DNA of 64,000 nt from an uncultured Pelagibacteraceae bacterium (GTDB lineage Bacteria; Pseudomonadota; Alphaproteobacteria; Pelagibacterales; Pelagibacteraceae), in NCBI GenBank assembly GCA_902568465.1, contig CACFQR010000001.1, positions 100,525 to 164,524 of the forward strand, given 5' to 3'. The number at the start of each line of letters is the position of its first letter. Positions within the stretch are counted from its first letter, which is position 1. The position numbers were made by a program, and so were the translations under genes. The notes beneath the pieces were generated by a model. The model searched no databases. It saw only the letters and a list, made by a program, of their open reading frames with translations, and was not told the origin of the DNA. Below, one piece after another: positions 1 through 8,382 of the stretch.

Positions 1-214
1 CCATTGCTGCAACAAATGTATCATCTAATTTATTTGAGGTTTTATTTGCTATTTTTTTTAAACGATTAATTATAATTTTACTAATTAATCCTCTAAATAA
101 TAAAAATATTAAAAATATACCTAGGCCAATTAATATTTGAAAAATATCTACGCCGAGTATTCCTTTGTTCCATACTTCAACAAACAAACCTGAAAAATTA
201 CTAAAAATTTCCAT
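1..214 (-). CDS. Partial CDS (N-terminal 71 codons; the rest lies beyond the window start): membrane protein, possibly an MscS-family mechanosensitive channel
   Basis: The reverse complement reads ATG at 214-212 and is open to position 1. My translation is MEIFSNFSGLFVEVWNKGILGVDIFQILIGLGIFLIFLLFRGLISKIIINRLKKIANKTSNKLDDTFVAAM, with one clear TM helix. The functional guess rests only on N-terminal resemblance. Confidence 0.4.
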   Translation of the reverse strand, partial: MEIFSNFSGLFVEVWNKGILGVDIFQILIGLGIFLIFLLFRGLISKIIINRLKKIANKTSNKLDDTFVAAM

Positions 215-217
215 AAT

Positions 218-919
218 CTATTTTATTTTATCTATTAAAAATTCCTCTTCTCCTGGGGTAAAAACAAATACGTTTTTCCATTTTATTTGCTTTAATACTA
301 ATAATACTTTCTCGCTTATACACATAAGATTAGATTGAGTCACTACGTTTAAAAGTGAATATTTATTTATCAGATTAAATAAATTTTTTGCACTCTTTGA
401 TGAATAAACAAAAAATACATCTGGTACTTTTTTATGCAAAAAATCAACTGTATTCTTGTGAATTTCTTGAACCGGCAAAGTAGTATAATTTGATATTCTA
501 TCAACCATAAAACCGGCATTAATAAGATCAACATCTAAATCTTTAGAAATAAATTCACTACTTAGGTATAAAAGTTTTTTTGACTTATTTTCAAATGATT
601 GAATTATTAATTCTACCAATGAATTTACTGTTCCCTCTGAAGTATGAGTATTTATAAAACCTACACGCTTAGCAGTTAGTTCTGTTGCTTTTCCAACGCA
701 GTAGCATTTAATTTTTGCTTCAAATTTTTCCACATTTAAAAATTTAATTGCGTTTGAACTTGTAAAAATTATTCCACCGTAATCTTCTAAATTTATTTTT
801 TTTGTTTTTAACCCCTCAATTTTTATAACAGGTAGATGAGTTACCATGTGCCCCATTTTTTTTAGCCTTTCAATTAAAAATATTGAATCTTCTACAGGTC
901 TTGTAATTACAATATGCAA
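218..919 (-). CDS. hemD: Uroporphyrinogen-III synthase
   Basis: HemD-like sequence (HIVITRPVEDS...) directly downstream of hemC. The ORF-track start at 976 is a TTG that overlaps hemC by 56 nt. An in-frame TTG at 919-917 sits one nt after the hemC stop and gives the typical MHIVITRP N-terminus, so I prefer 919. Confidence 0.75.
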   Translation of the reverse strand: MHIVITRPVEDSIFLIERLKKMGHMVTHLPVIKIEGLKTKKINLEDYGGIIFTSSNAIKFLNVEKFEAKIKCYCVGKATELTAKRVGFINTHTSEGTVNSLVELIIQSFENKSKKLLYLSSEFISKDLDVDLINAGFMVDRISNYTTLPVQEIHKNTVDFLHKKVPDVFFVYSSKSAKNLFNLINKYSLLNVVTQSNLMCISEKVLLVLKQIKWKNVFVFTPGEEEFLIDKIK

Positions 920-920
920 T

Positions 921-1856
921 TTAAATCCTATTGATTTTAAAATTAGAGCCAGCTTTTTTAAGTAGCTCTTTTCCAACTTTATAACCTATTTGCTGAGCTT
1001 CTTTAATGTCGCCAGAACTTTCTGCGATAAACTTTTTACTTCCATCATTTGAAAATAATTCGCTTTTTAAAAAAATTTTATTATTTGATAATTTTGCTAA
1101 AGCTCCAACTGCTGTATCACAATCTCCATCGATCGCCTCAAGTAAAGCTCGTTCTGCTTGGATACAAATATAAGATTCTTTGTCATTAATCATATTTAGG
1201 ATACCTAATATTTTTTGATCTATTGCTCTACACTGTAAAGCTATAGCACCTTGACCTACTGCAGGTAACAATTGTTTATCAGAAAAAACTTCTTTAACTT
1301 CATTTTCTAAATTAAGCATTTTAAGTCCAGCTAAAGATAAAACTATCGCATCATATTCCTTATTCTTTAATTTATTAATTCTAGTATCAATATTTCCACG
1401 CATATAGACAACGTTAATATCTTTTCTTAAAACATTTAATTGAGCTTTTCTTCTAAAAGAACTTGTCCCAATTTTTGATTGAGGTTTTAAATCAAAAAAA
1501 GAATTACTAGTATAGCTAAGAAAAGCATCTCTTGGATCATTTCTCTTAACAACAGCATTAACGCAAAGTCCTTTGGTCATTTTGGATGGCAAATCTTTTA
1601 ATGAGTGTACAGCCAAATCTATTTTTGATTCTAACAATTCATCTTCTATTTGTTTAGAAAAAACACCCTTTCCACCTATGTCTGAAATTTTTTTCTCTTT
1701 ATGAATATCTCCTGCAGTTTTTATAATTTTTATTTTTACAGATTCGTCATTAAATTTTGGATTAGATTTTATCAATAAATCTTTTACATGGTTCGAATAT
1801 GCTAGCGATAGCTTACTTCCACGTGACCCGATTATAATATTTTTTCTATCTAACAT
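921..1856 (-). CDS. hemC: Porphobilinogen deaminase (hydroxymethylbilane synthase)
   Basis: Full-length HemC-like protein (IGSRGSKLSL, GNIDTRINKL, AVGQGAIALQCR motifs). Confidence 0.95.
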   Translation of the reverse strand: MLDRKNIIIGSRGSKLSLAYSNHVKDLLIKSNPKFNDESVKIKIIKTAGDIHKEKKISDIGGKGVFSKQIEDELLESKIDLAVHSLKDLPSKMTKGLCVNAVVKRNDPRDAFLSYTSNSFFDLKPQSKIGTSSFRRKAQLNVLRKDINVVYMRGNIDTRINKLKNKEYDAIVLSLAGLKMLNLENEVKEVFSDKQLLPAVGQGAIALQCRAIDQKILGILNMINDKESYICIQAERALLEAIDGDCDTAVGALAKLSNNKIFLKSELFSNDGSKKFIAESSGDIKEAQQIGYKVGKELLKKAGSNFKINRI

Positions 1857-1916
1857 TATTATTAAAACTTCCTTATGTTATATTATTATTTTATATTTAT
1901 AGACAGGTAATCAAAG

Positions 1917-2990
1917 ATGGGACAAAAGCTCGCTTTTTTAGGAATAGAGACAAGTTGTGATGAAACTGCAGCATCTATAGTACAAGAAAAAAATGATGGA
2001 ACTGGAGAGATCTTATCTAATGTTGTCTCTAGTCAAATTGAAGAACATAAAGCATTTGGGGGAGTGGTGCCTGAAGTTGCTGCGAGAGCGCATGTAGAAA
2101 AAATTGAATCAATAATTAAAAAAGCAGTAAAAGATAGTAAATTAAAAATTAAAGATATAGATGGAATAGCAGCAACCGCAGGTCCAGGTTTAATAGTTTG
2201 CCTGACAGTAGGTTTTAACGCTGGGAAAGCAATAGCTGGGGTTTTGAAAAAACCTTTTGTTGCAGTTAATCATTTGGAGGGACATGCTTTAAGTCCAAAA
2301 ATTATTCAGAAAATAAAATTTCCTTACTTATTATTATTAATTTCGGGGGGTCATACTCAATTTTTAGAAGTTGGTGGAGTCAACAATTACAAAAGGCTGG
2401 GAACAACTATTGATGATGCGCTAGGTGAAGCTTTTGACAAGACAGCAAAACTTATGGGAATAGAATTTCCAGGAGGGCCAAAAGTCGAGGAGTGGGCAAA
2501 AAAAGGTGATGAAAATTATTTTAAATTGCCCAAACCTATTTTTAAAAAGGGAGGTTGTAATTTATCTTTTGCAGGACTAAAAACTGCTGTACTAAGAATA
2601 TCTAAAGAATTAAAAAATGAAAAAGAAAAATATCATTTAGCCGCATCTTTTCAAAAAACTGTTGTGGATATTCTTAATGAAAAAACTAAAGTAGCAATGA
2701 AAGAGTTCTTAAAAAATAAAGAAAAAGAAAAAAACACTTTTGTAATTGCGGGGGGTGTAGCAGCAAATTTAAAAATAAGAGAAAATTTAATTAAATTAGC
2801 AAAGGAAAAAAATTTTTCTCCTGTTTTTCCACCAGTTAATCTTTGCAGCGATAATGCAGCGATGATTGCTTGGGCAGGTATTGAAAGATATAAAATGAAA
2901 TTGGTCGATAATTTAGAATTTCCGTCTAAAGCTAGATGGCCACTAGATGCTTCAGCCCCATTTTTAAAAGGCCCGGGACTTAAAATTTAA
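1917..2990 (+). CDS. tsaD: tRNA N6-adenosine threonylcarbamoyltransferase
   Basis: Kae1/Gcp/TsaD family (GIETSCDETAASIV, NHLEGHAL, SGGHTQ motifs). Confidence 0.95.
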   Translation: MGQKLAFLGIETSCDETAASIVQEKNDGTGEILSNVVSSQIEEHKAFGGVVPEVAARAHVEKIESIIKKAVKDSKLKIKDIDGIAATAGPGLIVCLTVGFNAGKAIAGVLKKPFVAVNHLEGHALSPKIIQKIKFPYLLLLISGGHTQFLEVGGVNNYKRLGTTIDDALGEAFDKTAKLMGIEFPGGPKVEEWAKKGDENYFKLPKPIFKKGGCNLSFAGLKTAVLRISKELKNEKEKYHLAASFQKTVVDILNEKTKVAMKEFLKNKEKEKNTFVIAGGVAANLKIRENLIKLAKEKNFSPVFPPVNLCSDNAAMIAWAGIERYKMKLVDNLEFPSKARWPLDASAPFLKGPGLKI

Positions 2991-4160
2991 ATGAATAAAA
3001 ACTTATCGATATTAACTTTGAGTCAAGTTTTTGGATTCACAGCTAACATAATTACAGTTTTTTTAAGTGGAATTGTCGGATCGCAAATAACTACTATTAA
3101 ATCTTTATCTACATTACCTACATCTTTGTCAGTTCTTGGTACAGCAATGTTTACTATTCTAGCTGCAAAAATCATGGGAAAAATAGGCCGAAAATTAGGT
3201 TTTATTTTTGGAGCTTTAGTTAGTTCAGCAACTTGTGTGTTTGCTGTTTTTGCTATAATTGAACAAAACTTTATTTTATTTTGTATCTCACATTTAATTT
3301 TAGGTCTAGGAATAGCTTTCGCTCACCAATATCGTTTTGCAGCAGCTGAAAGTGTAGATAAGGAAAAAATACCTAAAGCTATCTCTATTTTAATGCTAGC
3401 TGGAATCGTTTCATCCTTTTTAGGAATAACTTTAGCAAATTTTTCAAAAAATCTTATTCCAGATCATTTATATGTCGGTTCTTATATTTTGCTGGCTTTA
3501 TTTACTTTTATGCCAGCAGTGTTTTTTATTTTTTATAAAAATAATGAAAGTAAAAAAATAGATTTTAATAATGATTACAGTGGTCGCAGATTATCTAAAA
3601 TAGTTTTTCAACCAAAGTTTTTGCAAGCAATAATTGCTGCAGCATTTGCTTATGCTGTAATGTCATTTTTAATGACTGCCACACCGCTAAGTATGCATGT
3701 GATGGAAAAGATGAGTTTGGAAAAAACAGGAATTGTCCTTCAATTTCATCTGGTAGCTATGTTTCTTCCATCATTAATTACAGGACATTTAATTAAAAAG
3801 CTTGGGCATAGTAACATAATTTATATAGGAGTATTATTTTATACCATTACAATAGTCTTAAGTTTATTTGAACAAACATTTTCAAATTATATGGCGGCTC
3901 TTATTTTCTTGGGGCTAGGATGGAATTTCTTATTTATCTCTGGAACAAGTTTAGTTGTCCTAACTTATAATGATGAAGAAAAATTTAGAGTACAAGGAAT
4001 TAATGACTTAATTGTTTTCACTACAATGGCGTTAGCAAGTTTGTCTGCAGGTATATTGCTAAGTTTGACTAGTTGGAAAATTATGAACTTGATATGTATA
4101 CCATTTTTAATTTTAATTATTCTTTCAACTTTTAGAGCTGATAATTTAAATAAAAAATGA
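2991..4160 (+). CDS. MFS transporter
   Basis: About 12 predicted TM segments and an MFS-like GKIGRK loop after TM2. Tightly coupled to tsaD (no gap) and to the next gene (ATGA overlap). Confidence 0.8.
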   Translation: MNKNLSILTLSQVFGFTANIITVFLSGIVGSQITTIKSLSTLPTSLSVLGTAMFTILAAKIMGKIGRKLGFIFGALVSSATCVFAVFAIIEQNFILFCISHLILGLGIAFAHQYRFAAAESVDKEKIPKAISILMLAGIVSSFLGITLANFSKNLIPDHLYVGSYILLALFTFMPAVFFIFYKNNESKKIDFNNDYSGRRLSKIVFQPKFLQAIIAAAFAYAVMSFLMTATPLSMHVMEKMSLEKTGIVLQFHLVAMFLPSLITGHLIKKLGHSNIIYIGVLFYTITIVLSLFEQTFSNYMAALIFLGLGWNFLFISGTSLVVLTYNDEEKFRVQGINDLIVFTTMALASLSAGILLSLTSWKIMNLICIPFLILIILSTFRADNLNKK

Positions 4161-4576
4161 AAAAATCCTATTGGTTATTAAAAACTGAGCCTGATGAATG
4201 GTCGTGGACTGATCAAATTAGAGAAGGTAGTAAAGGTGCTGAATGGAATGGTGTTAGAAATTTTCAAGCAGCAAAAAATTTAAGAAATATGAAAATGGGT
4301 GAAAGGTGTTTTTTTTACCATACAGGAAAACAAAAATGTATTGTTGGCATTGTGCAAGTTACAAAAGAAGCGTTTTTAGACAGTACAGACAAAACAAAAA
4401 AATTTGTAGCAATAAAAGTAAGAGCACTTTATCCACTTAAAAGAGAGGTGGGGTTGCAAGAAATCAAAAAAGATAAGGATTTTAGAGATTTTTCTTTAGT
4501 TAGACAAAGCAGACTGTCAGTTATGAAGGTTGACTTAAAATACTGGAAAAAAATATGTAAGATAGGTAAAGTTTAA
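4157..4576 (+). CDS. EVE (PUA-like) domain protein
   Basis: YWLLKTEPDEWSW...WNGVRNFQAAKNLRNMKMGERCFFYHTG is the typical EVE/DUF55 signature. Confidence 0.8.
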   Translation: MKKSYWLLKTEPDEWSWTDQIREGSKGAEWNGVRNFQAAKNLRNMKMGERCFFYHTGKQKCIVGIVQVTKEAFLDSTDKTKKFVAIKVRALYPLKREVGLQEIKKDKDFRDFSLVRQSRLSVMKVDLKYWKKICKIGKV

Positions 4577-4590
4577 CCAAGTAGGTAATT

Positions 4591-6618
4591 ATGGCAAAAA
4601 GAAGTAAGAAGAAAAATCTTAAAAAAAAAAGAAAAAAACTTAAGAAGAAAAAAAAAATTTTAAAAAAAAAAATCTCTTCGTCAAACGATCAAATATTTAA
4701 AGTTTCTGCTAAATGGTCTAAGAGGGCCTATGCTGATAAAAAATTTTATGAAAAAAAATATAAATTATCAATTAAGGATAATGAGGGATTTTGGAAAAAA
4801 GAGGGAAAAAGAATAGATTGGATAAAACCATATACAAAAATAAAAGATGTTAAATACAGCAAAACAGACGTAAAAATTAAATGGTTTTATGACGGAACCC
4901 TTAACGCATCAGCAAATTGTATTGATAGACATTTAAAGAAAAATAAAAATAAAACTGCAATAATTTGGGTCGGCGACGATCCAAAAGACTCAAAGCAAAT
5001 TTCATATAAGGAGCTTCATAAAAATGTTTGTAAAGCTGCAAATGGTCTAAAAGAAATTGGTATTAAAAAAGGAGATAGAGTGACAATCTACCTTACTATG
5101 ATCCCAGAGTTAGCATATGTGATGTTAGCTTGCGCTAGAATAGGGGCAATACATTCAATAATCTTTGGTGGATTTTCTCCAGACTCAATCGCTGGAAGAA
5201 TTAATGATTGTCAATCTGATTATATAATTACTGCAGATGAAGGCGTAAGAGGTGGAAAAATCATACCATTAAAAAAAATAGCAGATGAAGCTCTTCAACA
5301 GTGCCCTAATGTAAAAAAATGTGTTGTAGTAAAGAGAACAGGAAATGAGGTCAACTGGGTTGACGGAAGAGATATTTCTTATGATGAAATAACAAAAAAT
5401 GTACCAGACAAATGTGAGCCAGAAGAAATGAATGCGGAAGATCCTTTATTTATACTTTACACTTCAGGATCTACAGGAAAGCCTAAAGGAGTATTACATA
5501 CGACTGGGGGTTATATGGTTTACGCTTCAATGACACATCAATATATATTTGATTATAAAAAAAACGATATTTACTGGTGCTCGGCTGATATTGGTTGGGT
5601 TACAGGTCATAGTTATATTATTTATGGTCCTCTCTCAAATGCTGCAACAACAATAATGTTCGAAGGTATTCCAAATTATCCAAACGTTTCTAGATGGTGG
5701 CAAATTATAGATAAGTATAAAGTAAATATTTTTTATACTGCACCTACAGCTTTAAGAGCTTTAATGAAAGAGGGTGCTGGACCAGTAAAGAAAACTAGCA
5801 GAAAATCACTTAAGCTTTTAGGTACTGTTGGTGAACCAATAAATCCTGAAGCGTGGCTTTGGTACTATAAAGTTGTTGGAGATTCTAGGTGTCCTATTGT
5901 TGATACATGGTGGCAAACAGAAACAGGAGGAATATTAATTTCGCCACAGCCGGGCGCGATTGATTTAAAACCTGGTTCAGCTACTAAACCCTTCTATGGG
6001 ATAAAACCAGTTATTGTAGATGAAGGGGGAAAAACCTTAAAAGGAGCATGTAGAGGAAGATTGTGCATAGCTCAATCTTGGCCTGGACAAATGCGAACTG
6101 TTTATGGAGATCACCAAAGATTTATTGATACTTATTTTTCCCAGTTTGATGGAAAATATTTTACTGGCGACGGATGTAGAAGAGATGAAGATGGATATTA
6201 TTGGATAACTGGAAGAGTAGATGACGTAATTATAGTATCTGGTCATAATCTTGGCACCGCTGAACTTGAAAGTGCGTTTGTTGCTCACCCAAAAGTTGCT
6301 GAAGCTGCTGTAGTTGGTTATCCTCATGATATAAAAGGAAATGGACTTTATTGCTACGTAACTTTAAATGCTGGAGAAAATACTTCAGGTGAGTTGGAAA
6401 GAGATTTAAAACTTTGGGTTAGAAAACAGATTGGTCCAATTGCAACACCAGATTTGATACAATTTGCCCCTGGTTTACCTAAAACAAGATCTGGTAAAAT
6501 TATGAGAAGAATACTTAGAAAAATTGCTGCTAATGAACACGATCAATTAGGTGATACAACGACACTAGCTGATCCAAGCGTGGTTCAAAGTTTAGTGGAA
6601 AATAGAAAAAATAAGTAA
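4591..6618 (+). CDS. acs: Acetyl-CoA synthetase with a lysine-rich N-terminal extension
   Basis: Canonical AMP-forming Acs ([20 protein letters not shown]-terminal [11 protein letters not shown]). The only in-frame ATG is at 4591, preceded by AGGT about 6 nt upstream. Confidence 0.95.
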   Translation: MAKRSKKKNLKKKRKKLKKKKKILKKKISSSNDQIFKVSAKWSKRAYADKKFYEKKYKLSIKDNEGFWKKEGKRIDWIKPYTKIKDVKYSKTDVKIKWFYDGTLNASANCIDRHLKKNKNKTAIIWVGDDPKDSKQISYKELHKNVCKAANGLKEIGIKKGDRVTIYLTMIPELAYVMLACARIGAIHSIIFGGFSPDSIAGRINDCQSDYIITADEGVRGGKIIPLKKIADEALQQCPNVKKCVVVKRTGNEVNWVDGRDISYDEITKNVPDKCEPEEMNAEDPLFILYTSGSTGKPKGVLHTTGGYMVYASMTHQYIFDYKKNDIYWCSADIGWVTGHSYIIYGPLSNAATTIMFEGIPNYPNVSRWWQIIDKYKVNIFYTAPTALRALMKEGAGPVKKTSRKSLKLLGTVGEPINPEAWLWYYKVVGDSRCPIVDTWWQTETGGILISPQPGAIDLKPGSATKPFYGIKPVIVDEGGKTLKGACRGRLCIAQSWPGQMRTVYGDHQRFIDTYFSQFDGKYFTGDGCRRDEDGYYWITGRVDDVIIVSGHNLGTAELESAFVAHPKVAEAAVVGYPHDIKGNGLYCYVTLNAGENTSGELERDLKLWVRKQIGPIATPDLIQFAPGLPKTRSGKIMRRILRKIAANEHDQLGDTTTLADPSVVQSLVENRKNK

Positions 6619-6624
6619 ATAAAA

Positions 6625-7122
6625 ATGAACGGTTTATTAAAAACACTAGTCAAACCTGACTGGGATGATAGTCCAAAAAGATCTGAAATTTTACATGCAG
6701 CAAATCTACTTCAGGTCGGAGAATTCCAATTAATACAACTTGCTTATAAAGTTTGGTACAATAAAGAACTGCCAGAAGAAAGGATAAATAAAATTTTCAA
6801 AGAATATATGATTTCAGGAATAATTCCGATTTGGGTAACCTATTATGCAAGAGATATAATAAAAATGGACGATGCCAAAGTTCTTGATAGCTTTAACGAA
6901 AGATATCACGTTTATGATCATGAATTTGGAAAACATATAGATAATGAAAACCAAAGAAGAAGACGTGGAATATTTTATTCAATGATCATTGGGTTTGTGT
7001 TTATAGCAAGTCATTATATGGCTGCTAACTATGTTAGTATAGATGAGCCCGCAGGTTTTTATCCACCATATGTTGAAAGAAAAGTAGTTTATCCTGAGCT
7101 TTATAAAAAAGAAAATAAGTAA
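6625..7122 (+). CDS. Hypothetical protein with one C-terminal TM segment
   Basis: 165-aa ORF 6 nt after acs, with an RRRRG plus hydrophobic helix. I do not recognise a family. Confidence 0.5.
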   Translation: MNGLLKTLVKPDWDDSPKRSEILHAANLLQVGEFQLIQLAYKVWYNKELPEERINKIFKEYMISGIIPIWVTYYARDIIKMDDAKVLDSFNERYHVYDHEFGKHIDNENQRRRRGIFYSMIIGFVFIASHYMAANYVSIDEPAGFYPPYVERKVVYPELYKKENK

Positions 7123-7325
7123 TGTTTGATTTTATTCCACAGGAATATGAAAAAATTGTAAATATTATTTTTTTAGTTATTACAGCTTTAATTGCAAAAC
7201 ATGGGATAACATATAGAAAAGAAGATGGTGAAAGAGATTTTGTAAGATTATTATTTGGATGTATTGCTGCTACTTATTTTTTTTTGGTACTTTTCAAAGA
7301 TGTTCTCGGACTTATAAGTTTTTAA
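7122..7325 (+). CDS. Small hypothetical membrane protein (2 TM)
   Basis: 67-aa ORF coupled to the upstream gene (TAATG junction), with two hydrophobic helices. Confidence 0.4.
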   Translation: MFDFIPQEYEKIVNIIFLVITALIAKHGITYRKEDGERDFVRLLFGCIAATYFFLVLFKDVLGLISF

Positions 7326-7948
7326 AGTTTACCAGGTTTGTGCATAACTTGACCTTCGTCTAATTCTTTTATACTCAAAACTCTTTCACTTTCAGGGAGT
7401 TGAAGTTGTTCATTTAAATATAAAGCTCTTTCTTTTACAGAAGAAGATTTAAATTTATAATTAAGTATAATTGTTCCAAGGCCAGGACCAGCAACAGCTT
7501 CATGATCTATTCCGAGAGCTCTTACATAATCTTTCAATGCCTCCTCATATTTTTTATTTCTATCTTTAATAATACCCCTATTAGCATATGCTGCCGCTAA
7601 AGTTCCTATTCCAGTTTTGTCATCTTCTTCAAGATTTTTTTCTAGAAAAACTATTAAATTACTCAACACTAAATCTGCTTCAATATATTTTTTTTGAGAA
7701 ATAAATACCAACGCCTTACACATCATAGCTCCACGGTGATTGGGAGTTTTTTTTAAAGCTTCATTTGCTGCTTCTAAAGCCTGATTATATTTTTTATCTT
7801 TCAAACGAATATCACAAACTTCTGTTTCGTAATCGCCTGGTGGCCTATCCATAAAAGATCTAACAAACCCCCATACTGTAAACATAACAAAAGTTAGTAT
7901 TGCCATGTATATGACAAATCTTTTAAGAACTTTTACATTTGTATCCAT
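7322..7948 (-). CDS. Membrane-anchored TPR-repeat protein
   Basis: N-terminal TM helix followed by TPR-like repeats (YNQALEAANEALKKTPNH..., YEEALKDYVRALGID). Confidence 0.65.
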   Translation of the reverse strand: MDTNVKVLKRFVIYMAILTFVMFTVWGFVRSFMDRPPGDYETEVCDIRLKDKKYNQALEAANEALKKTPNHRGAMMCKALVFISQKKYIEADLVLSNLIVFLEKNLEEDDKTGIGTLAAAYANRGIIKDRNKKYEEALKDYVRALGIDHEAVAGPGLGTIILNYKFKSSSVKERALYLNEQLQLPESERVLSIKELDEGQVMHKPGKL

Positions 7949-8187
7949 TAATTAAACACCTGAATTACATATAGGTAACTGAAAACAACACACAATAGTA
8001 ATGAAGTGAATGTTGCCCTTTTTTTAAGTACTTTTTTTTCATCATCAGAAACTGTTGTTTGAGCTTTTTGTTTTTTTCTGACGTACAAAACCCAAATCAA
8101 TTGACGAACCGGAAAAAACAAAGCCGTGGTTAAAACGGCAACCCATATTGGGTCATGAAATGCGATATAAAAAGATTCAAAATTCAT
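7948..8187 (-). CDS. Small hypothetical membrane protein (2 TM)
   Basis: 79-aa ORF whose stop overlaps the start of the TPR gene; two hydrophobic helices separated by a basic loop. Confidence 0.4.
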   Translation of the reverse strand: MNFESFYIAFHDPIWVAVLTTALFFPVRQLIWVLYVRKKQKAQTTVSDDEKKVLKKRATFTSLLLCVVFSYLYVIQVFN

Positions 8188-8290
8188 ATAAACTTAGTTA
8201 TATACTTAAAATAACACCCATATAACAATAATTTCAATTAATAGTTGTACATATTTTGATTGATAAATTTGTTGATTTGAACAGCTAATT

Positions 8291-8346
8291 ATGCTGAACT
8301 TTACTTATAGTGCTCGGGACTATGGTTCTGAGCATTTTGTGTTTTA
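8291..8346 (+). promoter_or_regulatory. Leader hairpin plus U-tract (terminator-like) with an alternative upstream pairing, in the 5' leader of the symporter gene
   Basis: Positions 8310-8320 pair with 8325-8335: 11 bp including 3 G-U pairs, with loop TATG. TTTGTGTTTT follows. Positions 8291-8299 (ATGCTGAAC) can instead pair with 8325-8335. Confidence 0.35.
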
Positions 8347-8382
8347 TAAAACAAGTAAAAAAAACAAAAGGGGGAAACCTTT

